NCBI GenBank assembly: GCA_016710015.1
Contig: JADJLR010000008.1
Location: forward strand, 279,912 to 343,911
Source of the DNA: Flavobacteriales bacterium
GTDB taxonomy: Bacteria > Bacteroidota > Bacteroidia > Flavobacteriales_F > PHOS-HE28
Direction: 5' to 3'
Length of the DNA: 64,000 nt
In this document: positions 11,014 through 21,708 of the stretch, in pieces
How the letters are laid out: each line of letters opens with the position of its first letter
Numbering within the stretch: the stretch's first letter is position 1
Notes under the pieces: generated by a model
The model's database searches: none
Seen by the model: only the letters and a program-made list of their open reading frames with translations
What the model was told of the DNA's origin: nothing
Position numbers and translations under genes: made by a program

Positions 11014-12696
11014 CTAGTTACCGGGCTTCACTTGAGTGAGCACCTCTTCATAGCGCGCACTGTTCAACACCTCGATGGACGACTTCACGTAGGGGTCCGT
11101 AGCCAGGCTCGCCTTGGCCCTACCCGTCTGGAAATAGTACCGGCCAACGATCTCGTTACGCAACACTTCCTCGATGTCCGTGCGGAATCGTGTGAGTTCT
11201 TCTGTACGGTCCGGTGCCAGTTCATCATGCAGCGCTTCCATCTGTGCTTTCGCATGGTCGTAGTAGCGCTCCTTCTTCGCCTTCTCCTCCAGGATCTTGA
11301 ACGCGTTCAAGGTCTCGGTATCGTACTCGAAGTGTTCGTCCTTCACGAAATCCACGAACTCTTGATACAATGCATCGCTGACGGAGAAGGATCCGGCAGG
11401 TCCGATCTCCGGATGGGCGAGCCGGTACCGCGTTGCGAAATCGAAGAAGAGGTCCTTGCTGTACAAGCCGCCCACCACCTTGGCCAGATCAGGATCCTGC
11501 ACTTCGATGTCCGGTAACACACCGCGTCCATCGAAAACAGGTCGTCCGTTGCGCGTCTTGAATTCCGCGATGGCCTCTTCCTTCACCTCCTGCACTTTCC
11601 CGCTGCTATCGCGTTGGGCGTAATCCAACTTCTGGATGCAACGGCCGCTGGGGATGTAGTACTTCGCTACGGTGACCTTCAGCTTGCTGTTGTAATAGAG
11701 GTCGCGTGTTTGTTGCACCAGGCCCTTGCCATAGGACCGCTCCCCGATGACGACCGCACGATCCAGATCCTGAAAGGCACCGGATACGATCTCACTTGCA
11801 CTGGCGCTATTGCCATCCACCAGTACCACCAAAGGAATGGTGGCATCCACCGGTTCGCTCAAGGTCTTGTAGGTCTTGTCCCATTCGGGGATCTTGCCCT
11901 TGGTTTCCACCACCAACTCGTTCTTGGGTACGAAGAGGTTCACGATATTGACCGCTTCACGCAGCAACCCGCCGCCGTTGCCGCGCAGGTCCAGGATCAT
12001 CTTCTTGGCCCCTTGCTCCTTCAACTCCTTCAAGGCGTTGCGCACTTCCTGACCCGCCGTTTGCGTGAAGCTATTCAGTTTGATGTAGCCGACCTCTCCG
12101 GCCGCATCCACCATGCCTTTGTAAGGCACATCGGGGATCTTGATCTCTTCACGTACCAGTTCATGCATCACCGGTTCCATCCCCAACCGTTGGGTGATCA
12201 CCTTCACTTGGGAACCTGCTTGGCCTTTCAAAAGTTTGCTCACCTCTTCGGTGTCCATCCCTTGTATCCGCCGACCATCCACCTCCACGATCTCGTCACC
12301 GGCCCAGATCTCCGCCTTCATGGCCGGATATCCTTCGTATGGGTCGCTCACGAACACCTTGTCTTCCTTGCGCTTGATCAGTGCCCCGATCCCTCCATAC
12401 TGCCCGGTGGTCATGAAGCGGTAGTCCTCCATGTCGCTCTCGGGGATGTACTGCGTGTACGGATCCAGCGAATTCAACATGGCATCGATGCCGGTCTTCA
12501 TCAACTTCCCGGGCTGCGTATCATCCACGTAATAGATGTTCAGCTCCTTGTACAGTTCCGTGAAGATCTCGAGGTTCTTACTGATCTCGAAGTAGCTGTC
12601 GCCAGCGGAAATGGTGAAGGCCCCACCGGCCACGATGGCGGCACCGGCGAACCAGAGTTTCCACTTGGACGATGACGGGGCGATCTGCTTATCCAT
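11014..12696 (-). CDS. ctpA: carboxy-terminal processing protease (S41 family peptidase)
   Basis: N-terminal membrane anchor, PDZ region and S41 catalytic region (GGIGALI..., Ser/Lys dyad context). Full length, 560 aa. Confidence 0.85.
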   Translation of the reverse strand: MDKQIAPSSSKWKLWFAGAAIVAGGAFTISAGDSYFEISKNLEIFTELYKELNIYYVDDTQPGKLMKTGIDAMLNSLDPYTQYIPESDMEDYRFMTTGQYGGIGALIKRKEDKVFVSDPYEGYPAMKAEIWAGDEIVEVDGRRIQGMDTEEVSKLLKGQAGSQVKVITQRLGMEPVMHELVREEIKIPDVPYKGMVDAAGEVGYIKLNSFTQTAGQEVRNALKELKEQGAKKMILDLRGNGGGLLREAVNIVNLFVPKNELVVETKGKIPEWDKTYKTLSEPVDATIPLVVLVDGNSASASEIVSGAFQDLDRAVVIGERSYGKGLVQQTRDLYYNSKLKVTVAKYYIPSGRCIQKLDYAQRDSSGKVQEVKEEAIAEFKTRNGRPVFDGRGVLPDIEVQDPDLAKVVGGLYSKDLFFDFATRYRLAHPEIGPAGSFSVSDALYQEFVDFVKDEHFEYDTETLNAFKILEEKAKKERYYDHAKAQMEALHDELAPDRTEELTRFRTDIEEVLRNEIVGRYYFQTGRAKASLATDPYVKSSIEVLNSARYEEVLTQVKPGN

Positions 12697-12931
12697 GTTG
12701 ATGCGGGTCTTTGGGGACGGGGTCGTAGCCTTCGCCGCCCCAGGGATGACAAGATAGGATGCGCTTCAAAGTGAGGTAGCCACCACGCCACGCCCCGTGC
12801 GTTCGGAGCGCTTCCAAACCGTAGGTGGAACACGTGGGTGTGTAACGGCATGCACCAGGCAACAAGGGCGAGATGAGGTACCGGTACAAATGCACCAGTC
12901 CGATCAGCGGAAGGGCCAGTATCCTACCCAT
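12689..12931 (-). CDS. yidD: membrane protein insertion efficiency factor YidD
   Basis: YidD signature [34 protein letters not shown]. 80 aa. Confidence 0.85.
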   Translation of the reverse strand: MGRILALPLIGLVHLYRYLISPLLPGACRYTPTCSTYGLEALRTHGAWRGGYLTLKRILSCHPWGGEGYDPVPKDPHQHG

Positions 12932-13304
12932 GTTCTTTCATCCAACGGTCCAATGCCTTGGTTATTTTCTGCTGGGTCTCGGCCAAGGTGATCGGATCCT
13001 TCCCTTGATAGACGAACAACCAAGCGCACTGTTGGCCTTGGGTACGCAAGCGATCCAGAACCGCGTGCTTGTTCATCCGATAAGCTTCGCGCATCAGGCG
13101 CCGCTGCCGATTGCGCATCACGGCCAAGCGCATGTATCGCTTGGGGATCGCGAAGGCGACCTGGGCCGAAGCATCGGTCGGTAGCACCATGAGGCTTCCC
13201 ATCAATTTGAACGGTGGCACATGCACGGCTCGTCCTTTGGAAACCACCGCTTGGATGATGGTTCGACTGGAGAGTCGTTCGTGTTTGCCGAAGGTAGACC
13301 GCAT
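12924..13304 (-). CDS. rnpA: ribonuclease P protein component
   Basis: RnpA-like basic protein ([11 protein letters not shown]..., [13 protein letters not shown]). An ATG at 13302-13304 gives about 127 aa. The ORF-track start is a GTG at 13361 that overlaps the hemD stop. Uses a TAG stop. Confidence 0.8.
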   Translation of the reverse strand: MRSTFGKHERLSSRTIIQAVVSKGRAVHVPPFKLMGSLMVLPTDASAQVAFAIPKRYMRLAVMRNRQRRLMREAYRMNKHAVLDRLRTQGQQCAWLFVYQGKDPITLAETQQKITKALDRWMKEHG

Positions 13305-13357
13305 AAGAGGTACGGGACCAAGCAGAAGCGACGGGCGGTTCGCCGGGTGACGTGTGG

Positions 13358-14107
13358 TCACTTCTTCTTGGCCGCTCGTTTCATATAAAGCTCGATGGCA
13401 CCGGTCATGCTCGGGGCTTCGGGCAAGGGTGCCTCCAGATCCAACCGGTATCCGTTGTCCCTTACAGCCTTCGCTGTGGTGGGGCCGAATGCTGCAATGA
13501 GCACACCGTCCTGCTCGAATTTCGGGAAGTTGATCCGTAGGCTCTCGATCCCGCCTGGGCTGAAGAACACGAGCATATCGTACTTCAACCCCTTGAGGTC
13601 GCTGAGGTCACTGGCCACCGTTCGGTAGAACACCGCATTGGTGTACCTCACATTGGCCTTTTCCAACAACGCAGGGATCTCGCCCTTCTGGATATCGCTA
13701 CAGGGCACCAAGTACTTCTCGTCCTTGTGCTTCTTGATCACGTCCATCAGGTCGTGGAAGGTCTGTTTCCCGATGAAGACCTTGCGCTTGCGGTACACGA
13801 CGTACTTCTGAACATAGTACGCCACGCTCTCACTCACGCAGAAGTACTTCATGCTCTCGGGCACGGTGAGGCGCAACTCCTTGCACATCCGGAAGAAGTG
13901 ATCCACCGAGTTGCGGCTGGTGAGGATGATCGCACTGTGGTCCAAGATGTTGACCCGTTCTTGCCGGAAATCCTGCGCAGGGACAGACTCCACCTTGATG
14001 AAGGGCCGGAAGTCGATCTTCAGACCGTACTTCTTGGCCAGCTCATGATACGGCGATCTCTCGTCGGTCGGAGCGGGTTGCGATACGAGGATGGTCTTGA
14101 TCTTCAA
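13358..14107 (-). CDS. hemD: uroporphyrinogen-III synthase-like protein
   Basis: HemD-fold similarity (two-lobed HEM4 pattern, ...ILTSRNSV..., ...GPTTAKAV...). Conserved position next to rnpA in Bacteroidota. Confidence 0.7.
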   Translation of the reverse strand: MKIKTILVSQPAPTDERSPYHELAKKYGLKIDFRPFIKVESVPAQDFRQERVNILDHSAIILTSRNSVDHFFRMCKELRLTVPESMKYFCVSESVAYYVQKYVVYRKRKVFIGKQTFHDLMDVIKKHKDEKYLVPCSDIQKGEIPALLEKANVRYTNAVFYRTVASDLSDLKGLKYDMLVFFSPGGIESLRINFPKFEQDGVLIAAFGPTTAKAVRDNGYRLDLEAPLPEAPSMTGAIELYMKRAAKKK

Positions 14108-14118
14108 GGCCGATCGGC

Positions 14119-14802
14119 TTAGGTGTGGAACAGCAGAGAAGGAGTGCTACGCCAATGATGGAGAACCATCAGAACCGGCAGGATCTCGGCGGCGCAAAAG
14201 TATAGAATTATGTATCGAAGTGGGATACCCTCCTCAACCCCGATCCATGCCCCACGGAACCAGCGGTAAAGGAGCAAGGCGGCCAATAGCGATAGCCCCA
14301 CTACCAAGACCCATGGCCGCCAGTGCGCTTGATAGGCCATAAAGGCCACTAGAGGTAACAACAGTACTCCTGCCAAGATGAAAATGAGGAACCCGGTATA
14401 GAGGTACTCCTCCACACCCGGAGCGGCACGCAGCAAACCACCCAACAACCGCAGCAGAAGGTAATGGCCTAGGACCACCCCGGCCACCAGACCGACCAAG
14501 AGGGGGAAAGACGACCCATGTCCCGCCAATTGGAGCGCCTGCCACGCAAAAAGCGCTAGAACGGTGGCCCCCACGACCAGCAGCCCAAGGAATGCACGGT
14601 CCTGGAGGTCCATTTCCTCGCGCAAGGCATGCCGCCCCAACCGCATGCGGAACATGGATCGGCCCAAGGATCGCCATTTGCGGTGTGAACTCGTATTGAT
14701 CAGCGCCAGTACCAAGAGCACGAGCAACAGCACCGCAGTGACCCATTCGGCATTCAGCGGGTCAAGGTTCCGCAAATGGTCCGTTCCGCTTTCGTTCCCC
14801 AT
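14119..14802 (-). CDS. polytopic membrane protein, DUF4271-like
   Basis: Five to six hydrophobic helices. Conserved neighbour of hemD in Bacteroidota. Confidence 0.55.
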   Translation of the reverse strand: MGNESGTDHLRNLDPLNAEWVTAVLLLVLLVLALINTSSHRKWRSLGRSMFRMRLGRHALREEMDLQDRAFLGLLVVGATVLALFAWQALQLAGHGSSFPLLVGLVAGVVLGHYLLLRLLGGLLRAAPGVEEYLYTGFLIFILAGVLLLPLVAFMAYQAHWRPWVLVVGLSLLAALLLYRWFRGAWIGVEEGIPLRYIILYFCAAEILPVLMVLHHWRSTPSLLFHT

Positions 14803-15040
14803 GGCGACGCGAAATTACTGAGTCGGTGAAGAAGATCCGGTCTCGCGTACCCTTGGGTCCAGGGGGGTGAAAGAGTGCGAAAGTGCGAGGGTCCACGGGA
14901 TCCAGCCCTCGTGCGCTTGTAGGCTCGCAGGAGACCGACCGGTTCTTTCCGGCCACCGAAGTAGTGGGTGTATCCACGCCCCCACCCCTTTACTAGTTTT
15001 GCACCGCGAGTTGAGCACCGCGCCTTCGCACATCCGACCC

Positions 15041-16276
15041 ATGAGCACCTCTTCCACTACGACAACGACCACGAACCCCGCTGAAAAGCGCAACACAACG
15101 GACCAGTTCCAAGCACATGACCATTATTTGGTGGATGAATTGCTGACCGAGGAGCACAAATTGATCCGCGACACTGCACGTAAGCACGTGAGCAAGCACC
15201 TGAAGCCCATCATCGAGGAACGCTTTGAGAAGGCCACCTTCAGCGCGGACATCATCCCAGGGTTGGCCGAGATCGGTGCCTTCGGTCCTATCATTCCCAC
15301 GGAATACGGCGGCATGGGTCTGGACCAGATCAGCTACGGGCTGATCATGCAGGAGATCGAGCGTTGCGACAGCGGCCTGCGCAGCTTGTGCAGCGTACAA
15401 GGCAGTTTGGTGATGTACCCCATCTGGAAGTACGGTAGCGAAGAGCAGAAGATGAAGTGGTTGCCCGATATGGCGGCCGGCAAGAAGATCGGCTGCTTCG
15501 GCCTTACCGAACCCGACCACGGTAGCAATCCCGGCGGCATGGTCACCACCTTTCAAGACAAAGGGGACCACTATCTGCTGAACGGCGCCAAGATGTGGAT
15601 CAGCAACAGCCCATTGGCCGATGTGGCCGTGGTCTGGGCCAAGGCCGAGAACACCGAAGGACGCATCCACGGTTTGTTGGTGGAGCGGGGCATGGAAGGT
15701 TTCACTACGCCCACTACGCACGGTAAACTCTCGCTGCGTGCCAGCCCTACCGGAGAATTGGTGTTCGACAACGTGAAAGTGCCCAAAGCGAACCTGCTGC
15801 CGAACAAGAGCGGTCTCGGCGCTCCGCTCGGATGCTTGGACAGTGCCCGCTACGGCATCGCTTGGGGTACGCTCGGCGTGGCCATGGAATGCTACGATAC
15901 GGCCCTGCGGTATAGCCAGGAGCGGATCCAATTCGGCAAACCGATCGGGCAATTCCAGCTCACCCAGAAGAAGCTCGCCGAAATGATCACCGAGATCACC
16001 AAGGCGCAATTGCTCACTTGGCGCTTGGGCGTTCTGCGCAATGAAGGCCGCGCTACCACCGCACAGATCAGCATGGCCAAGCGGAACAACGTGATGTTAG
16101 GCTTGACCATCGCACGGGAGGCCCGCCAGATCCTGGGCGGCATGGGCATCACCAACGAGTACCCGATCATGCGCCACATGATGAACTTGGAAAGCGTGGT
16201 GACCTACGAAGGCACCCACGACATCCACTTGCTCATCACCGGTATGGAGGTGACGGGCTTGGCGGCCTTCAAGTAG
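15041..16276 (+). CDS. acyl-CoA dehydrogenase (glutaryl-CoA dehydrogenase-like)
   Basis: ACAD N-terminal, middle and C-terminal domains (..GLTEPDHGSNPGG.., C-terminal ..YEGTHDIH..). In-frame ATG at 15041 gives 411 aa. The upstream extension of the ORF is probably non-coding. Confidence 0.85.
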   Translation: MSTSSTTTTTTNPAEKRNTTDQFQAHDHYLVDELLTEEHKLIRDTARKHVSKHLKPIIEERFEKATFSADIIPGLAEIGAFGPIIPTEYGGMGLDQISYGLIMQEIERCDSGLRSLCSVQGSLVMYPIWKYGSEEQKMKWLPDMAAGKKIGCFGLTEPDHGSNPGGMVTTFQDKGDHYLLNGAKMWISNSPLADVAVVWAKAENTEGRIHGLLVERGMEGFTTPTTHGKLSLRASPTGELVFDNVKVPKANLLPNKSGLGAPLGCLDSARYGIAWGTLGVAMECYDTALRYSQERIQFGKPIGQFQLTQKKLAEMITEITKAQLLTWRLGVLRNEGRATTAQISMAKRNNVMLGLTIAREARQILGGMGITNEYPIMRHMMNLESVVTYEGTHDIHLLITGMEVTGLAAFK

Positions 16277-16381
16277 TGCGCAGTACCGATCGACTTGTCC
16301 AGTTGGCGAACGCACAGATCCTTGTATGCAATTGCGGTTCGCCCCGACCGATCAGGCGAACGGGAACGGTAGTTTCGGTGG

Positions 16382-16993
16382 ATGAAAATTCTGCGTTGGC
16401 TGTGCGTTCCGCTCCTATTGTCGGGTCTTGAGGTGTCGGCACAAACGACCTTGACCACCTACTACACCATACCTCCGGTCAACGGCTGCGACGGCCTATG
16501 GGCATTTGGACCTGCAAGTGATCTTTGGGGCACGGGTTCGTGCGCGGGTCCGGTCACCTACTTCGTTTCGCCTTCCGGATGTGCCGAATCGCCATTTGGT
16601 TGGCCTCCATTCTGGATCTCCGGCGATACCGTTTACAGCAACCTCTGCTCATTGCCCTGCGATTTCCAGACGTGGAATATGGAGGGGGACCTGTGCGCCT
16701 ATTGTCAGGTACAAGTATCCATTGGTATGAGCGTTTCGGAGGATCCGAACAAGGCGTTCGCTGTGTTCCCCAATCCGCTTGGGACAGACCATGATCTCGT
16801 AGAGGTACGGCTCAACGCAGTTGGCAACCACGCATTCGCGCTGTTCGATGCGCAAGGCCGCTTATGGAAGCAAGGCACTCTTCGGAATACGGTCGATCGG
16901 ATCGATCTGGATGGAATCTTGCCCGGACCCTACATGCTCTGCGTGACCGACCAGGATGGTGTTCGGCGTGCCCTGCGGTTGGTCATCCAGTGA
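16382..16993 (+). CDS. small secreted Cys-rich protein with T9SS C-terminal sorting domain
   Basis: Signal peptide MKILRWLCVPLLLSGLEVSAQ. C-terminal AVFPNPLGTD...PGPYMLCV CTD-like segment. Confidence 0.5.
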   Translation: MKILRWLCVPLLLSGLEVSAQTTLTTYYTIPPVNGCDGLWAFGPASDLWGTGSCAGPVTYFVSPSGCAESPFGWPPFWISGDTVYSNLCSLPCDFQTWNMEGDLCAYCQVQVSIGMSVSEDPNKAFAVFPNPLGTDHDLVEVRLNAVGNHAFALFDAQGRLWKQGTLRNTVDRIDLDGILPGPYMLCVTDQDGVRRALRLVIQ

Positions 16994-17081
16994 AGGTTCA
17001 ATGACGAACCACGACCCACTCCTTGCGGTTCAATAGAGCGAAGGCTCTATGTACCGTGCATCGTCCTGAGTCCGGACCCCA

Positions 17082-17597
17082 CTACGGCTTCTTAGCTGGT
17101 ACCGACTCGTCAGCCACCAGTTTCGGATGGTGTCGCACCTTCACGCACCCACTACCGTTCACGAACGAAAGCGAGCCTACGGGACCGTCGTATCTACGGC
17201 CAACGCGTTCTTCCAACGGCTCCAACACCACATCGAACTTCACGGTGCGAACGCTGCTACGTGCCAGGGATGTATGTACAGCATTCCGGGTACTCACCTT
17301 CACCTCTTTCGCCAAATGGCCGGGCTTCAAGAAGGCCAAGTAGACTTCGGCCCCATCGGGTACGCGAACAATGAATCGTCCGTTGCGGCGCACTTTGGCG
17401 TAGCTGCATCGCACACCGTCCAATTCCACAACAAGGACCAGATCGCCCATGTACCCATCCACTGCGTGTAGCCATCCGGTAAGGACCACTCCCTCTGGCC
17501 GAGGTTGCCCGGAAGCACCGAACAATGTGAGACTGAATAGACCGAGAACCGCCACAAGGATGACGGCTTCGATGGTGAGGTCGTGGCGCTTTTTCAT
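17082..17597 (-). CDS. hypothetical N-terminally anchored membrane/periplasmic protein
   Basis: Single N-terminal TM helix (AVILVAVLGLFSLTLFGA) followed by a beta-rich region. No recognisable motif. Confidence 0.4.
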   Translation of the reverse strand: MKKRHDLTIEAVILVAVLGLFSLTLFGASGQPRPEGVVLTGWLHAVDGYMGDLVLVVELDGVRCSYAKVRRNGRFIVRVPDGAEVYLAFLKPGHLAKEVKVSTRNAVHTSLARSSVRTVKFDVVLEPLEERVGRRYDGPVGSLSFVNGSGCVKVRHHPKLVADESVPAKKP

Positions 17598-17692
17598 GGG
17601 ACGGGTTCCTTGGTATCCGGAGGTAAAGGTCCGGGGGCACCGCAGGTCTCACAATACCCACAAATGGTGATTTTTCACCCAGCAGAAAGCGC

Positions 17693-18334
17693 TTAGATCC
17701 ACTCGCGATCCACTGCGTACTTCACCAACCCAGCGGCACTGCGCACATTGAGTTTCGACATCAAACTCCTTCGGTGCGTTTTCACCGTATCCGCACTGAT
17801 GAAGAGCGCCGCAGCGATCTCGTCATTCGTGTATTCCAGTGCGACCAATCGAATGATCTCGCGTTCTCTCGAAGTAAGGCCGACATAGGGTCCTGATGGG
17901 TCTTTCGAGGTGTGCGCATATCCCTTGTCCACACTCTCTTGGGCCGCAGGACTCAAATACCGTTCTCCGCGAAGCACAGCACGCACGGCCAGCAGAAGTT
18001 CATCCTGTGTGCCGGACTTGAGAAAATATCCCGTAGCTCCTTCAATGAGCATGCTGTTGATGTACTCCACGGCATGCAGTTTCGTTACCGCAAGCACCAC
18101 CACTTTCGGATGGAGTTGATGCATAGCGCGCATGGTATCGATGCCATCCATCACCGGCATGGACACCTCCATGAGCACGAGGTCGCATGGACGGTTCGCC
18201 ATATGGGCCAAGAGTTCCTTGCCATTTCCGACGATCGCTTCGACCACGTATCCAGATACCGTGGTCAACAGATCGCGTAATCCGACCGCGCTCGGCATAC
18301 TGGCATCGGCGATGATGATCTTGACCGCGCTCAT
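17693..18334 (-). CDS. two-component response regulator, NarL/LuxR family (REC + HTH_LuxR)
   Basis: Receiver domain with a DLVLMEVSMPVMDG phospho-acceptor region. C-terminal LuxR HTH (LTSREREIIRLVALEYTNDEIAAALFISADTVKTHRRSLMSKL). Confidence 0.85.
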   Translation of the reverse strand: MSAVKIIIADASMPSAVGLRDLLTTVSGYVVEAIVGNGKELLAHMANRPCDLVLMEVSMPVMDGIDTMRAMHQLHPKVVVLAVTKLHAVEYINSMLIEGATGYFLKSGTQDELLLAVRAVLRGERYLSPAAQESVDKGYAHTSKDPSGPYVGLTSREREIIRLVALEYTNDEIAAALFISADTVKTHRRSLMSKLNVRSAAGLVKYAVDREWI

Positions 18335-18464
18335 GGATCCATTTGCAAAACCGGCATGTACACGACCCTAGTAAGGTCCAAGACCGTGGTGCCGGATCGG
18401 GTGCGCCACACAAGGATATAGAGATCAGTGACGGGAAACCACCGATCGGCCCTTGTTCCGAAAG

Positions 18465-18905
18465 CTAAGATATTACCTGATCGGTTCTCCGGTCGGATCC
18501 GCCCAACTTCTGCCTTAGCCAGTCCCGCGCATCTTCCTCGGAATCGAACACCCGGACCTCGAAAGCCTGTGGGTAATACCGGAAATAGAATTTGTTGATC
18601 GCGCTATTCGCAGCGTCGCGTACCACCACCGCGAGTGCCAAAATGGTGCGTGCAGCACTGTCTTTCCTGTAATGATCCACATTGGCCGCTTCAGGTTCCA
18701 CCGGTATGGTATCGGGGATCACGATCATCACCGCACAAGGCATACCACCGGATACGGCCCGACGCGCCTTGCGATCCTTTTCGATGGCCGCCGTTGTGAG
18801 TCGTGCATTCCGCGCGATGCGTTGTTCGATGAAACCATCGGAAACCAAGGTGATGGTGGCGGTCTTCGTTCGGACCGTACGCCCCCAAGTGCTCATGGGA
18901 TGCAC
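18465..18905 (-). CDS. hypothetical protein; paralogue of 55915..56355 (shared C-terminal ...VF.SEEDAR.WL motif)
   Basis: About 146 aa. C-terminus FEVRVFDSEEDARDWL matches AVFVSEEDARTWL of the second copy. The two proteins have a similar overall pattern. Confidence 0.4.
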   Translation of the reverse strand: MHPMSTWGRTVRTKTATITLVSDGFIEQRIARNARLTTAAIEKDRKARRAVSGGMPCAVMIVIPDTIPVEPEAANVDHYRKDSAARTILALAVVVRDAANSAINKFYFRYYPQAFEVRVFDSEEDARDWLRQKLGGSDRRTDQVIS

Positions 18906-19317
18906 GGCGTGTAACCGATGGAGTTCGAAGGTTGGATCACGGTGGTGGTCATTCAGGTGTGCAAAGGGGTTGCATCGCTAGAACGACAGGCTGCCGATGC
19001 GGTTGCCTCCCATGGCACAGTACCATCCCTATGCGCAGCTCGGAAACACAGGACCAGCCATGGTATCCGCTTTCTTCGGTCGCTTTGCACTTTGGGCCGT
19101 GAGCAGCTTGCCCGTACGCTTCTCGGGTCGCGATGGTCCAAGGCTAGCGCAGTACACGTACAACCCGGACTTCAACAATGCTGCATGGATTACGCGCCAA
19201 CGACCGTTGGGCACATGGCGATGGCAGCAGGTAGTTTTGACCGGCAAAGAACTGCGGTCGGTCGCTGAACCCAAGGGGGAGGTGCGACGTAGAAGCCCCT
19301 TATTCCCGTCGGCAAGA

Positions 19318-20763
19318 ATGCTCTTCAACTCCATCGATTTCGCAGTCTTCCTGCCGGTGGTGTTCATTCTATACTGGTTCGTCTTTCGGAGTCTGCGGAT
19401 CCAGAATGGGTTGTTGCTCGTCTCCAGCATTGTATTCTATGGCTGGTGGGACTGGCGCTACCTGATCCTCGTATTCTTCAGCGCAGGGATCGATTACGTC
19501 ATGGGGTCTCGCTTGGAGCGGACCGATGACCCAAGAGCACGAAAGGGCCTCTTGTTGATCAGCTTGATCTCCAACCTCGGGCTGCTCGGCTTCTTCAAAT
19601 ACACGGACTTCTTCATCACGAGTTTCAATGATTCATTCACCTTCTTCGGGCACCCCTTGGGTCTGCAGACATTGGGCATCATCCTACCGGTAGGCATTTC
19701 CTTCTACACCTTCCAAAGCCTCAGTTACACCATCGATGTGTACCGACGCCATCTGAAGGCTTCAGAAGACCCGGTGGAATTCTGTGCCTTCGTGCTCTTC
19801 TTTCCACAACTGGTGGCCGGACCTATTGAACGCGCCGCGAAGTTGCTTCCACAGTTCGCGACACCACGCGTCTTCGACATTGCTGTCGCCCGGAATGGTG
19901 TGCGCCAGATCCTGTGGGGCTTGTTCAAGAAGATCGTCGTGGCGGACAATTGCTCACAGATCGTGAACCAATTGTACGCCGATCCTTCCGCGCACACGGG
20001 CAGCACCATGGTGTTGGCCACGATCCTCTTCGCCTTTCAGATCTACGGTGATTTCAGTGGGTACAGCGATATCGCGATCGGAACGGCGCGACTATTCGGA
20101 TTCGACCTGATGCGCAACTTCGCGTACCCCTACTTCTCGCGCGATATCGCCGAGTTCTGGCGGCGTTGGCACATCAGCCTCAGCACGTGGTTCCGCGATT
20201 ACGTGTACATCCCGCTCGGAGGGAATAGGGGGACCAAGGCATTCGTGGTGCGCAACACCATGATCCTATTCCTTGTCAGTGGGTTCTGGCATGGCGCCAA
20301 TTGGACCTTCGTGGCCTGGGGTGCGATCAATGCGATCTTCTTCCTTCCCTTGGTGCTCTTGAACAAACACAAGAGCAAGACCGGGACCGTTGCGGAAGGT
20401 CGCCTACTCCCTTCACTTGGAGAAGCGTGGATGATGCTTTCCACCTTCCTGTTGGCCTGTTCCGCATGGGTCTTCTTCCGCGCCCAAAGCATCGAGGAGG
20501 CCTTTGATATTTTCGGTCGCATCGGTTCTGCATCGCTCTTCACGGCACCGGAGATCACCAGCAAACTCACCCTTGGGATCTCCGTGTTGGGGATCGGGAT
20601 CATGCTCCTGTTGGAGTGGATGAATCGCGAACGGCAGTACGGCCTTGAAATGGACGGTCGTGCGGTACAGCCAGTTCGCTACGCCTTGTATTACGCCTTG
20701 ATCGGTATCATCATCGTTTGCGCTCCACCGGGTGGCGGCGAGTTCATCTACTTCCAGTTCTGA
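19318..20763 (+). CDS. MBOAT family membrane-bound O-acyltransferase (AlgI/DltB-like)
   Basis: MLFNSIDFAVFLPVVF N-terminus. Conserved WHISLSTWFRDYVYIPLGG and FWHGANW (catalytic His) motifs. Start chosen at the ATG at 19318. Confidence 0.85.
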   Translation: MLFNSIDFAVFLPVVFILYWFVFRSLRIQNGLLLVSSIVFYGWWDWRYLILVFFSAGIDYVMGSRLERTDDPRARKGLLLISLISNLGLLGFFKYTDFFITSFNDSFTFFGHPLGLQTLGIILPVGISFYTFQSLSYTIDVYRRHLKASEDPVEFCAFVLFFPQLVAGPIERAAKLLPQFATPRVFDIAVARNGVRQILWGLFKKIVVADNCSQIVNQLYADPSAHTGSTMVLATILFAFQIYGDFSGYSDIAIGTARLFGFDLMRNFAYPYFSRDIAEFWRRWHISLSTWFRDYVYIPLGGNRGTKAFVVRNTMILFLVSGFWHGANWTFVAWGAINAIFFLPLVLLNKHKSKTGTVAEGRLLPSLGEAWMMLSTFLLACSAWVFFRAQSIEEAFDIFGRIGSASLFTAPEITSKLTLGISVLGIGIMLLLEWMNRERQYGLEMDGRAVQPVRYALYYALIGIIIVCAPPGGGEFIYFQF

Positions 20764-21677
20764 TGACCGCGCGCAAGTTCCTCGTCCAATGCACCCTGCT
20801 AGCTCTGCCCATCGCCATGCTCTTTGCATTGGTGGCTTGGGTGGACCCCTATTCACTCTATGGAACCGGCGGACCCATCCCGCGTGAGCTGAAGGAAAAG
20901 AATCTATACCACAGCGGTCGCACCATGCCCTTCAGTAATACGATGTGGAAGTTGATCGACTTCCGCAGGACACCAAGCCCGAACATCCTTCTCGGTGATT
21001 CGCGCCTTTCGCGCTTCGATGTGGATAGCCTGCAACATTTTACCGGAGACAGCTATTTCAACTTCGGCATCCCCGGTGGGAATTTCGTGACGATCGATCG
21101 GCTGTTCCACTACGCGGATAGTGTGACCGAGTTGAAGCACGTGGTGGTGCAAGTGGCGTTCCGAGGCATGGAAATGCACCAGAACTTCGATAGTTACGAG
21201 GAGCCACGGATGATCCTGGAAAAGCCTTGGTCGTATGTCCATAACCGAAGAGTGATGGAGGCCGCTGGATTGAATTTGGTGAGCAACTACTTCCCATCGC
21301 TTCTCAGTTACGATGTGCCCGGAGCGGGGAATTGGGAAATGGTGCTTGCCGCCGAAAAGGAAAGTGCCGAGCATTTCGTGATCGACACCACCGTGTATGG
21401 CCGCCTTCAGAAGATCGCCGATCGTTGCCATGCGGAAGGTGCTGATCTCATTTTCGTTGAGTACCCAACGCACCCCGACCTGCAGCACATCATGTCCGCC
21501 GCAGGACTTGGGTCGGAACGTGAAGCATACTTGGAACGGCTGCGTACCATGGCCCGCGTGATCGATCTGGACCAACCCGGGCTGTTCCCCAGTGACCGCA
21601 GCTTCTGGCGAGACCCACTCCACCTTACCGTGGATGCACAGCGCATGTTGATCCCGCATATCTGGGGATCGCATTGA
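20763..21677 (+). CDS. MBOAT-associated hypothetical protein (possible AlgJ/DltD-like acyl-transfer partner)
   Basis: Start ATG overlaps the MBOAT stop (TGATG). N-terminal membrane anchor followed by a soluble domain. Gene pairing is typical of O-acylation systems. No confident motif. Confidence 0.45.
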   Translation: MTARKFLVQCTLLALPIAMLFALVAWVDPYSLYGTGGPIPRELKEKNLYHSGRTMPFSNTMWKLIDFRRTPSPNILLGDSRLSRFDVDSLQHFTGDSYFNFGIPGGNFVTIDRLFHYADSVTELKHVVVQVAFRGMEMHQNFDSYEEPRMILEKPWSYVHNRRVMEAAGLNLVSNYFPSLLSYDVPGAGNWEMVLAAEKESAEHFVIDTTVYGRLQKIADRCHAEGADLIFVEYPTHPDLQHIMSAAGLGSEREAYLERLRTMARVIDLDQPGLFPSDRSFWRDPLHLTVDAQRMLIPHIWGSH

Positions 21678-21708
21678 TCGATCGAAAAGCAAGTGCCAGC
21701 GTTGCGGG

